From contig CAZBNY010000001.1 in the NCBI GenBank assembly GCA_964493235.1, positions 1 through 37,287 of the forward strand: DNA of 37,287 bases, in the 5' to 3' direction. Source of the DNA: an uncultured Lachnospiraceae bacterium. Lineage in GTDB: Bacteria > Bacillota > Clostridia > Lachnospirales > Anaerotignaceae. Each line of letters starts with the position of its first letter. The stretch's first letter is position 1. Positions 1 through 8,194 of the stretch are shown here, one piece after another. The translations under genes were made by a program, and so were the position numbers. Under the pieces are notes generated by a model that ran no database searches, was not told the DNA's origin, and was given only the letters and a program-made list of their open reading frames with translations.

Positions 1-520
1 CAAGCTCATTATAAGCAAGTATGCCCATGACCGTTTTTGAGTCCGTTATCGTTCCGTTGAACACCATATCGAGGCAGTCCTTAAGCGAGTATCTCTCTAT
101 TTCTATGAACTCGTCGGCGTCAAGGTGCTGTTTGCCCTCCTTGAGATCCTCGGCGATATACAGATATATCTTTTCCGTGCAGACCCCGATCGAGCAATAT
201 GTCCAGTTGACATAGGTCAGTTCGTCGGCCCTGTAGCCGATCTCCTCCTCCAGCTCTCTCATGGCGCAGTCATAGGGATCCTCGCCCTTCTCGAAGGTAC
301 CGGCAGGTATCTCCAGTACCATATCCCTCGCCGGGTGCCGGTACTGCCTTACCAGTATGATATTGCCCTCATCATCTACAGGCACGATAGCCGAGGCATT
401 ATTTTTCTCAACTATCTCCCTAGTGGCTGTCCTGCCGTCGGGCATGGCTATCTCGTCGCTGAATACCCTAAGTATCTTTCCCTCATATATTTTATTGCTC
501 TTTATGACCTCGTAATCCAT
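1..520 (-). CDS. nudF: NUDIX hydrolase, ADP-ribose pyrophosphatase-like (3' end runs off the window; absent from ORF track)
   Basis: Manual translation from ATG 520: MDYEVIKSNKIYEGKILRVFSDEIAMPDG...LVRQYRHP...LEIPAGTFEKGEDPYDCAMRELEEEIG (Nudix box GX5EX7REUXEEXG); SD-like GAAGGGGA upstream; frame open to window edge. Confidence 0.9.
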   Translation of the reverse strand, partial: MDYEVIKSNKIYEGKILRVFSDEIAMPDGRTATREIVEKNNASAIVPVDDEGNIILVRQYRHPARDMVLEIPAGTFEKGEDPYDCAMRELEEEIGYRADELTYVNWTYCSIGVCTEKIYLYIAEDLKEGKQHLDADEFIEIERYSLKDCLDMVFNGTITDSKTVMGILAYNEL

Positions 521-540
521 GAAATATCCCCTTCCATGTA

Positions 541-1935
541 TTAGAACTCGGCGTTGCGTACCGTTCTGGGATAAGGTATAACGTCTCTGATATTGGACAT
601 ACCTGTGATATACATAATAAGTCTCTCGAAACCAAGACCATAGCCGGCATGACGTGTTCCGCCGTATTTACGGAGATCGAGATACCACCAGTAGTCCTCT
701 CTTTTGAGTCCCATATCGTCCATTCTCTTTTCAAGGACCTCGAGTCTTTCCTCTCTCTGGCTTCCGCCGATGATCTCGCCGATTCCCGGTACAAGGCAGT
801 CAGCGGCGGCAACAGTTTTTCCGTCGTCGTTCATACGCATATAGAAGGCCTTGATGTCCTTCGGATAGTCAGTAACGAATACAGGTTTTTTGTATATCTC
901 CTCGGTAATATATCTCTCATGCTCCGTCTGGAGGTCGCAGCCCCACTCAACGGGATAGTCGAATCTGTCTCCGGCCTTTTTAAGAAGCTCGATAGCCTCT
1001 GTGTATGTCACACGGCCAAAGTCCGAATTCACTATGTTATTAAGTCTCTCAATAAGGCCCTTGTCAACAAAGCTGTTGAAGAACTCCATTTCCTCGGGAG
1101 CGTTCTCAAGCACATAGCTGATGACATATTTGAGCATATCCTCGGCTGTGTCCATATAGTCGTTGAGGTCGGCGAAGGCCATTTCAGGCTCGATCATCCA
1201 GAACTCAGCGGCGTGACGTGTAGTGTTGGAATTCTCGGCCCTAAACGTTGGTCCGAAGGTATAAACATCCCTGAAAGCAAGGGCGTATGTCTCCGCGGAA
1301 AGCTGTCCGCTTACCGTAAGATTTGTATGCTTGCCAAAGAAATCCTTGGAGAAATCAACAGTTCCGTCCTCATTTAAAGGAGGGTTGGCCATATCAAGCG
1401 TTGTGACCTGGAACATCTCTCCCGCGCCCTCAGCGTCGCTGCCGGTAATAATGGGAGTATGAACGTATACAAAGCCTCTTTCCTGGAAGAATTTATGGAT
1501 AGCGTAGGCAGCGAGGCTCCTTACCCTGAATGTCGCCGAAAAAGTATTCGTTCTCGGTCTGAGATAGGCGATGCTTCTTAAAAACTCAAACGAGTGCCTC
1601 TTTTTCTGAAGCGGATAGTCGGGTGTTGTAAGTCCCTCGATCGCTATTTCCTCTGCCTTTATCTCAAAGGGCTGTTTGGCCTCGGGCGTAAGCACGAGCT
1701 TGCCCTTTACGATTATAGCCGCGCCAACTCCCAGCTTTGAAATCTCTGTATAGTTATCGATTTTTCCGTCCTCAAAAACGACCTGTACGCTTTTGAAGAA
1801 TGAACCGTCATTAAGCTCTATAAAGCCAAAGGCCTTTGATGAGCGCAGTGTCCTTATCCAGCCGCCGACCTCGACCGTTTTATCGGCAAATTCAGCGGTG
1901 CTTTTGTACAGTTCCTTGACCCTTGTTAATTTCAT
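541..1935 (-). CDS. asnS: Asparagine--tRNA ligase
   Basis: N-terminal OB fold ([15 protein letters not shown]), [41 protein letters not shown] class IIb motifs; GGAGG SD. Confidence 0.98.
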   Translation of the reverse strand: MKLTRVKELYKSTAEFADKTVEVGGWIRTLRSSKAFGFIELNDGSFFKSVQVVFEDGKIDNYTEISKLGVGAAIIVKGKLVLTPEAKQPFEIKAEEIAIEGLTTPDYPLQKKRHSFEFLRSIAYLRPRTNTFSATFRVRSLAAYAIHKFFQERGFVYVHTPIITGSDAEGAGEMFQVTTLDMANPPLNEDGTVDFSKDFFGKHTNLTVSGQLSAETYALAFRDVYTFGPTFRAENSNTTRHAAEFWMIEPEMAFADLNDYMDTAEDMLKYVISYVLENAPEEMEFFNSFVDKGLIERLNNIVNSDFGRVTYTEAIELLKKAGDRFDYPVEWGCDLQTEHERYITEEIYKKPVFVTDYPKDIKAFYMRMNDDGKTVAAADCLVPGIGEIIGGSQREERLEVLEKRMDDMGLKREDYWWYLDLRKYGGTRHAGYGLGFERLIMYITGMSNIRDVIPYPRTVRNAEF

Positions 1936-1956
1936 CTGTAGGTGCCTCCAATTCTT

Positions 1957-3153
1957 TTATTTAAGTGCCGTAAGAAATTCCTCTAGTCTGTCCATTCCAT
2001 TTTTTAAGTTCTCCATTGATGTGGCATATGAAAACCTGATATAGCCGGGCATTCCGAAGTCCGCGCAGGGAACTACCGCCAAAAACTCCTCCTCAAGCAG
2101 CATCTCGCCTATCTGGGCGGCGGACTCAAGCACTGTGCCCTTACAGGTCTTTCCGTAGGCCTTGGAAAAGTCCACGAAAAGATAGAAGGCTCCCTCCGGC
2201 TTAAGCGTTTCCACATACGGCATTTTTACCACTCTGTCATAAATATAGTCACGGCGTTTCTCAAACTGCTTTCTCATTTCCTCTACGCAGTCCTGCGGGC
2301 CTTCCACAGCGGCCAGGGCGGCCTTCTGCGCTATTGAGTTGGGGTTTGAGGTCATATGCGACTGTAAGCTGCTCATAAGATTAGCTATTTCAACAGAAGA
2401 AGCCGTATAGCCTATCCTCCAGCCGGTCATAGCGTAGCTCTTTGACATACCGTTTACAGTAATTGTCCTGTCATATATTTCCTTTCCGAGGGACGCGATG
2501 CTGATGTGCTTTTTGTCCTTGGAATAAATAAGCTTTTCATATATCTCGTCGGATATTACGATTATGTTCTTCTCAACCGCAAAATCAGCGATTTCCTGAA
2601 GCTGTGTCCTGGTCATTATCATTCCGGTAGGATTGCTGGGGGTTGTCACGATAACGGCCTTTGTTCTCTCTGTATATCCGCTCTCAAGGTCCTCCCTTGT
2701 AAGGGCGAAGCCGTCCTCTTTTTTCATATATACGATAACGGGCGTGCCTCCCGCGATCCTTACCATCTCAGCGTAGCTGAGCCAGAAGGGAGCCGGTATA
2801 ATTACCTCATCTCCGGGATTAAGAATAGCCATAAGCGCGTTTACAAGTGAGTGTTTAGCTCCGTTATTTATAACTATCTGGGTATAGTCATAATCAAGTC
2901 CGTTGTCCTTCTTGAGCTTTTTGGCGATAGCCTGTCTAAGCTCAATAATACCGGCAGTCGGCGTATACTTTGTAAAACCTTCGTTTATAGCGTCAATAGC
3001 CGCTTTTTTAATATGTTCAGGAGTGTCGAAGTCGGGTTCACCTACGCTGAAGCTGATTACGTCCTTTCCCTCTTTCCTGAGTACGCCTGCTCTTTCTGTG
3101 ATTGACAAAGTTGATGATGGCTTGATGCCAAGCGCCTTTTCAGATAAATACAT
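1957..3153 (-). CDS. aspB: PLP-dependent class I/II aminotransferase (aspartate aminotransferase-like)
   Basis: GEPDF, PSNPTG, SDEIY, SKSYAMTGWRIG (PLP lysine); start moved to ATG 3153 behind GGAGGAGG; aspB-asnS order as in Bacillus subtilis. Confidence 0.9.
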   Translation of the reverse strand: MYLSEKALGIKPSSTLSITERAGVLRKEGKDVISFSVGEPDFDTPEHIKKAAIDAINEGFTKYTPTAGIIELRQAIAKKLKKDNGLDYDYTQIVINNGAKHSLVNALMAILNPGDEVIIPAPFWLSYAEMVRIAGGTPVIVYMKKEDGFALTREDLESGYTERTKAVIVTTPSNPTGMIMTRTQLQEIADFAVEKNIIVISDEIYEKLIYSKDKKHISIASLGKEIYDRTITVNGMSKSYAMTGWRIGYTASSVEIANLMSSLQSHMTSNPNSIAQKAALAAVEGPQDCVEEMRKQFEKRRDYIYDRVVKMPYVETLKPEGAFYLFVDFSKAYGKTCKGTVLESAAQIGEMLLEEEFLAVVPCADFGMPGYIRFSYATSMENLKNGMDRLEEFLTALK

Positions 3154-3184
3154 TTTTCTTCCTCCTCCGTATTTCATGCAATCA

Positions 3185-3213
3185 ATTTTATACTATTGTC
3201 ATTACAATTGCAA
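3185..3213 (-). promoter_or_regulatory. sigmaA-type promoter for aspB-asnS-nudF
   Basis: TTGCAA-17 nt-TAAAAT on minus strand. Confidence 0.6.
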
Positions 3214-3220
3214 GAAATAA

Positions 3221-4144
3221 TTACAAAAGCTCTGTAATTCTCATAAAATTCCCTATTGCTATCTTATATGTAACGTCTTTTCCGAACTCGTTTTCCATCA
3301 GCTCCAAAAGTCCGTCTATTTTCGATACGTTTTCCATTCCCTCCGGTGTCGAGAATATTCCGTCAAAATCGCAGCCAAGGCATACGGAATCCTCACCGCA
3401 GGTAATCAGCATATGCTCGGCGTGTCTGAGTATATCGCTCCTGTCGGCCTTTCCCCTGTCGCTTAAAAAATCCACGCACATATTAAGGCCCGCTATTCCG
3501 CCCCGCTCCCCTATTACCCTCAACTGGTCGTCAGTGAGGTTCCTTGGAAAATTCCTGACGGCGCGGCAGTTGGAATGGCTGGCGATAAACGGCTTTTCGG
3601 TATGTCTCTCAACGTCATAGAAGCCCTCGTCCGAAAGATGCGATACGTCTACTATGATGCCAAGTCTTTCCATTTCCCTGACCGCCTCCCTGCCAAAGTC
3701 AGTCAGTCCTCCGCCCAAACGGCTTTCCATAACACCTGTCGCCACACAGTTTTTATAATTCCAGGTCAAAGTCGCGAGCCTTATCCCTTCATCATATAGA
3801 TCGTAAAGCTTATCGATACTTCCCTCCAAAGCCTCACAGCCCTCTATTGACATCAGGGCTCTTATTTTCCCTTTATTTTCAAGTATATCCTTTTTGCTTT
3901 TCACTAAAGCTATTTTATCACGGTTGGCATTGACCTCGTTTTTAAAATAAGCTATCACCTTCTTAGTTGTCTCATACGCCTTCGGATAATATTCCTTCCG
4001 CAGCCATACGGCAAAGGTCTGTACCGGCGAATCGAAATTTTCCAAAAGCTTAAGATTAATATGCCCATCATTATCCTTAATATGTCTGCCCAAACCGCAT
4101 ATCAGCGAAGCGGTGTCACAGTGCCAGTCCGCGAATGTTCTCAA
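3221..4144 (-). CDS. Membrane/renal dipeptidase family M19 metallopeptidase
   Basis: D-W-H-C-D, SIEG, LTWN, DVSH, ASHSN..RNLTD, LGCDFDG motifs; likely TTG start at 4144 behind GAGGTG. Confidence 0.9.
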   Translation of the reverse strand: MRTFADWHCDTASLICGLGRHIKDNDGHINLKLLENFDSPVQTFAVWLRKEYYPKAYETTKKVIAYFKNEVNANRDKIALVKSKKDILENKGKIRALMSIEGCEALEGSIDKLYDLYDEGIRLATLTWNYKNCVATGVMESRLGGGLTDFGREAVREMERLGIIVDVSHLSDEGFYDVERHTEKPFIASHSNCRAVRNFPRNLTDDQLRVIGERGGIAGLNMCVDFLSDRGKADRSDILRHAEHMLITCGEDSVCLGCDFDGIFSTPEGMENVSKIDGLLELMENEFGKDVTYKIAIGNFMRITELL

Positions 4145-4177
4145 AAAAATCACCTCATAAATTCGTTTATATTTAAA

Positions 4178-4206
4178 GTATATTATTTTTCAAGCCGCAC
4201 ATACTA
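4178..4206 (+). promoter_or_regulatory. sigmaG-like (late forespore) promoter for the DUF1540 gene
   Basis: GTATA-17 nt-CATACTA, matching the sigmaG consensus GHATR-N17/18-CATWHTA. Confidence 0.55.
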
Positions 4207-4270
4207 ATTACGTGCATAAGGCCATACGGCCATATGCTCATTATACAATAAATCTTGGGAGATGTTAATA

Positions 4271-4429
4271 ATGCACACTAAATCACAGGAAATCAAATGC
4301 ACAGTAAAATCCTGTCGTCACCATGACAAGGACAAACATTGTATGCTCCCCGATATTATCGTCGGCGAGAATGTTACCAACGCCAAGGAAAAGAGCGAGA
4401 CAGACTGCATGAGTTTTGAGGCGTTATAA
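4271..4429 (+). CDS. DUF1540 small Cys-rich protein, 52 aa (below ORF-track cutoff)
   Basis: MHTKSQEIKCTVKSCRHHDKDKHCMLPDIIVGENVTNAKEKSETDCMSFEAL; I-x-C-x-V-x-x-C...C...I-x-V...T-x-C-x-S-F pattern; GGGAGA SD; followed by terminator. Confidence 0.88.
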   Translation: MHTKSQEIKCTVKSCRHHDKDKHCMLPDIIVGENVTNAKEKSETDCMSFEAL

Positions 4430-4442
4430 GACGCACAGCATT

Positions 4443-4478
4443 AAAAAAAGCCGAAATCCGTTTTGGATTTCGACTTTT
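4443..4478. terminator. Bidirectional intrinsic terminator between DUF1540 gene and rny
   Basis: AAAAAAAGCCGAAATCC-GTTTT-GGATTTCGACTTTT hairpin with A/T tracts on both sides. Confidence 0.75.
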
Positions 4479-4498
4479 CGCGTTCCGCGTATTTTCAA

Positions 4499-6037
4499 TC
4501 ATTTAGCATATTCTATTGCTCTAGTTTCCCTGATAAGATTAACCTTTATCTGTCCCGGATATTCAAGCTCATCCTCTATCTTCTTAGCTATATCCCTTGC
4601 AAGAAGCGGGAGTCCCTCGTCATTGATATCCTCGGGTATAACCATAATACGAAGCTCACGTCCGGCCTGAATAGCAAAGGATTTCTCGACTCCCTTAAAT
4701 TCATCGGCGATCTCCTCAAGTCTTTGAAGTCTCTTTACATACGACTCCAGCGTTTCACGTCTTGCGCCCGGTCTTGCCGCTGAAATAGCGTCGGCTGCCT
4801 GCACAAGCACCGCTATTATGCTCTGAGGCTCCACATCGCCGTGGTGCGCCTCGACAGCGTTTATAACTGTGGAAGATTCCTTATACTTTCTGCACAGCCC
4901 GACACCAATGCTTACGTGTGAACCTTCCATTTCATGGTCAACGCTCTTGCCTATGTCGTGGAGCAGTCCCGCCCTCTTGGCGATAGTAACATCTACGCCA
5001 AGCTCGGCTGCCATAAGGCCCGTAAGCTGGGCAACCTCTATCGAATGCTTAAGCACGTTCTGACCATAGCTTGTTCTGTATTTAAGTTTTCCTAAAAGAC
5101 GTATAAGCTCAGGGTGGAGCCCGTTCACGCCTGTCTCCAGCGTAGCGGCCTCGCCTTCGTCCCTTATTATGGTCTCTACCTCTTTTTTCGCTTTCTCTAC
5201 CATTTCCTCGATCCTTGACGGATGAACTCGTCCGTCAACAATGAGTTTTTCAAGGGCAATCCTTGCGATCTCCCTTCTTATAGGATCAAATCCCGAAAGA
5301 ATTACCGCCTCCGGAGTATCGTCTATTATAAGGTCGATACCCGTAAGCGTCTCAAGAGCGCGGATATTCCTTCCTTCACGGCCGATGATTCGGCCCTTCA
5401 TCTCATCATTGGGAAGCTGAACAACAGAAACCGTTGTCTCCGCAACATGATCCACGGCACAGCGCTGAATGGCGTTGGCGATTATGTCGCGGCTCTTTCT
5501 GTCCGCTTCATGTTTAGCCTTGGCCTCAGCCTCTTTTATCATAACGATGGTATCATGCTTAACGTCGTTCTCAACCATCGCGAGAAGATAATTCTTAGCC
5601 TCCTCAGGTGTGAACCCGGATATTCTCTCCAGCTCCTGAAGCTGCTTATCATGCGCGCTTTCCAGCTCTTCCTTCTGCTTGTCAAGCTCCTCCAGCTTTT
5701 TAGTCATCTGTTCCTCACGTTTTTCATAAGCGTCGGCCTTTCGGTCAAGCGCCTCCTCCTTCTGAACAAGACGTCTTTCGGTTCTTGAAAGCTCGTTTCT
5801 TCTGTCTCTTGCTTCTTTTTCAAGCTCATTCTTTGTTCTGATGCTTTCCTCCTTAGCCTCAAGGAGAATTTCTTTTTTCTTCGCTTCTGCTTCTTTCTTT
5901 GCGTCTTCAACTATGTCATTCGCCCTTTTTTCGGCGACCCCTATTTTTGCCTCTGCAATTTGTTTTCTATAGCAGAAACCAATAACAGCACCAATAATTA
6001 AAGCTATCACAGCAGCAATAATGGTTATTGGTTCTAT
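4499..6037 (-). CDS. rny: Ribonuclease Y (start uncertain: ATA 6037 favoured; GTG 6046 or TTG 6064 alternatives)
   Basis: N-terminal TM helix, long coiled coil, KH domain ([14 protein letters not shown]), HD domain (LLHDIGK), [11 protein letters not shown]. Confidence 0.97.
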   Translation of the reverse strand: MEPITIIAAVIALIIGAVIGFCYRKQIAEAKIGVAEKRANDIVEDAKKEAEAKKKEILLEAKEESIRTKNELEKEARDRRNELSRTERRLVQKEEALDRKADAYEKREEQMTKKLEELDKQKEELESAHDKQLQELERISGFTPEEAKNYLLAMVENDVKHDTIVMIKEAEAKAKHEADRKSRDIIANAIQRCAVDHVAETTVSVVQLPNDEMKGRIIGREGRNIRALETLTGIDLIIDDTPEAVILSGFDPIRREIARIALEKLIVDGRVHPSRIEEMVEKAKKEVETIIRDEGEAATLETGVNGLHPELIRLLGKLKYRTSYGQNVLKHSIEVAQLTGLMAAELGVDVTIAKRAGLLHDIGKSVDHEMEGSHVSIGVGLCRKYKESSTVINAVEAHHGDVEPQSIIAVLVQAADAISAARPGARRETLESYVKRLQRLEEIADEFKGVEKSFAIQAGRELRIMVIPEDINDEGLPLLARDIAKKIEDELEYPGQIKVNLIRETRAIEYAK

Positions 6038-6162
6038 TGTGACCACCCCCTGTTTGATTTTCAAAGTTCATATTTTTTAAATCGTTAGTTAAAGTTAAAT
6101 GAAATAAAAATTGCTTAAATGATTGTATAAAAACTTATATAATGTGAAACCACATCTATATA

Positions 6163-6191
6163 ATTGTATAACCAACATCAAAATATGTCAA
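6163..6191 (-). promoter_or_regulatory. sigmaA promoter of rny, giving a ~120-nt AU-rich leader
   Basis: TTGACA-17 nt-TACAAT on minus strand. Confidence 0.75.
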
Positions 6192-6248
6192 GCCGATTTG
6201 TTGCTATCGTCTAACCTAAAAGGCTGAAATTTTTTTCAATATTAAATT

Positions 6249-7475
6249 TTATTTCTCATGGTTTTCGCCGTCCATGCTGAATACCCTTCCGCTGCCTCCA
6301 CAGTGGGGACAGGTCTTTGTCATAAGCTGCATAAGCGACTGCCTTTTCTTCTTTCTGGTAAGCTGCATAAGGCCAAGCTCCGTCATTCCGACAACTATTG
6401 TCTGCAGCCTGTCGGAGGCTACGGCCTCCTCAAGGGTCTTTACAAGCAGTTGTCTGTCGTCCTCGCTTTTCATATCTATGAAGTCAACTATTATCATTCC
6501 GTTCAGGTTCCTGAGCCTGAGCTGATGGGCGATCTCCTTAGCGGCTTCAAGATTTGTTTTAAGTATCGTTTTTTGAAGGTCAGCCTTTCCGGTGTATTTT
6601 CCGGTATTTACGTCGATCACGACACAGGCCTCGGTCTGATCGATTATGATAAACCCGCCGCTTTTGAGCCATACCTGACGGTTAAAGGCCGCCCTCGCCT
6701 GCGCCTCCACATAGTAGCTGGAAAACAGCGGCGTTCCGTCCGAATGATATTTTATTTTTCCGATATCTGTTTTGAGCTTAGAACAAAGCCCCAAAAGGGT
6801 TCTGTAATTTTCCTCGCTGTTTACGACGATTTCGTCTATATCGTCATGGAAGAAGTCCCTTACAGCCTTTTCAACGCCGTTTACATCTGTGTAAAGAAGA
6901 GCCGGAGCCTTTACATAATCGGCCCTTTTAAGTATACTTTCGCTTATTTCCACAAGCCTGTCGATCTCTTCTTTATAGACCTCATAGCTGCGTCCCTCGC
7001 CGTCGGTCCTGACAATTGCTCCGTAGCCTTCAGGAATCAGTTCTCTTACGATATTTTTTATGCGCTGCCTTTCATCGGAATCGGTTATTTTCTTGGATAT
7101 GCCTATCTTGCTGTCGTTTGGGATTATTACAAGGAATTTGCCCGTGAAAGATATTTTCTTTGTCAGCACCGAGCCTTTTTTGCCGACCTCAGCCTTTTCC
7201 ACCTGCACAAGCACATCGCTTCCGGCTTTAGGCTTTACGGCGTTTCCGTTCTCGTCCCTATCCGCCCCATAATACCAGAAGGCATTTTTCTCTCTGCCTA
7301 TGTCAACGAATGCCGCCTGCATTCCCGGCAGTACATTCACTATTTTCCCTATATAAACATTGCCGACTATCGGCATTGAGTTCTTTCTCTCGTAAACAAG
7401 CTCCATAAGCAGTCCGTCGTCCACTATTCCTATCCTTGTGCCGAAGTCCTGCGAATCTATCAGTATTCTTTTCAT
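6249..7475 (-). CDS. rng: Rne/Rng family ribonuclease (RNase G-like)
   Basis: S1 start (VGNVYIGKIVNVLPGMQAAFVDIG), IDVNTG, RLRNLNGMIIVDFIDM, C-terminal Zn-link CPHCGGSG. Confidence 0.95.
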   Translation of the reverse strand: MKRILIDSQDFGTRIGIVDDGLLMELVYERKNSMPIVGNVYIGKIVNVLPGMQAAFVDIGREKNAFWYYGADRDENGNAVKPKAGSDVLVQVEKAEVGKKGSVLTKKISFTGKFLVIIPNDSKIGISKKITDSDERQRIKNIVRELIPEGYGAIVRTDGEGRSYEVYKEEIDRLVEISESILKRADYVKAPALLYTDVNGVEKAVRDFFHDDIDEIVVNSEENYRTLLGLCSKLKTDIGKIKYHSDGTPLFSSYYVEAQARAAFNRQVWLKSGGFIIIDQTEACVVIDVNTGKYTGKADLQKTILKTNLEAAKEIAHQLRLRNLNGMIIVDFIDMKSEDDRQLLVKTLEEAVASDRLQTIVVGMTELGLMQLTRKKKRQSLMQLMTKTCPHCGGSGRVFSMDGENHEK

Positions 7476-8194
7476 TTCATAGCCACTTCCCTGTCGAGCG
7501 GAATCAATTTTCCGTCAAGAAGGCGGTACATTTCCGTTCTTTTAAATGTAATCTTATATTTATTATAGTCGGCGCCGATATACTCATAAAACGTCTGTAC
7601 AGTCAGATCGGCCCTGAGACTTCTTGTGCTTCCGGCGGCCAAAAGCAGCCTCAGCTTTGTTCCCTCGGCATCTGATATATTCTCAATTTTGAAAATATCG
7701 GGACGTATATCCGTCTCCTTGAAAAAGCTCTTTGTCTTTTTCATTACAACTATTTCCTTCTGACTCAAAAATCCGCCGATATTTTTCTCGACCGTCCCGG
7801 GTGTCACGCCCTCGTCCAAAAAAGCCTCATATTCGCAGGCGCTAAGATCGGCCATAGCCGTAAGCGCCGACTGGGAAAGCCTTGTCGCGCTGATTATCTC
7901 TATCCCGTCGTTCATTACGCTTCTGAGCTTTTCAACTATAACGGCCGTATTCTCCTCCCGGTCGAACTCCATATCGCAGTATTCGGCGGTGCTTGTCATG
8001 CCAAGCGAGAGTGGATTGCCAAATGACATGAGCTGATGCGGATTAAAGCCATGAGAGTATCCTATCGGAAGTCCTGCCCTCCTGACCGCCCTCTGGAACA
8101 GTCTCATCAGATCCAAATGGCTTACAAACCTGACTTCGGGGCCTTTGGAATATTTTATTCTGTACTTAAATCTTATTTTTTTCTCTTGATTCAA
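7472..8194 (-). CDS. TIGR03936 / DUF2344 radical SAM-linked protein
   Basis: YSK...RFVSHLDLMRLFQRAVRRAGLPIGYSHGFNPH signature, DIRP motif; TTG start 8194 behind GGAGGAGGTG; overlaps both neighbours. Confidence 0.92.
   Translation of the reverse strand: MNQEKKIRFKYRIKYSKGPEVRFVSHLDLMRLFQRAVRRAGLPIGYSHGFNPHQLMSFGNPLSLGMTSTAEYCDMEFDREENTAVIVEKLRSVMNDGIEIISATRLSQSALTAMADLSACEYEAFLDEGVTPGTVEKNIGGFLSQKEIVVMKKTKSFFKETDIRPDIFKIENISDAEGTKLRLLLAAGSTRSLRADLTVQTFYEYIGADYNKYKITFKRTEMYRLLDGKLIPLDREVAMK

Noticed and set aside
125-544. Plus-strand ORFs at the window start
   Set aside because: Antisense to the Nudix gene, which has a clear Nudix box and SD
6258-7379. 373-aa plus-strand ORF and similar long antisense ORFs (649-1377, 11988-12698, 12577-13434, 14478-15320, 15987-16862, 29702-30592)
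   Set aside because: They lie wholly opposite well-supported genes and show no recognisable motifs; typical codon-bias shadow ORFs
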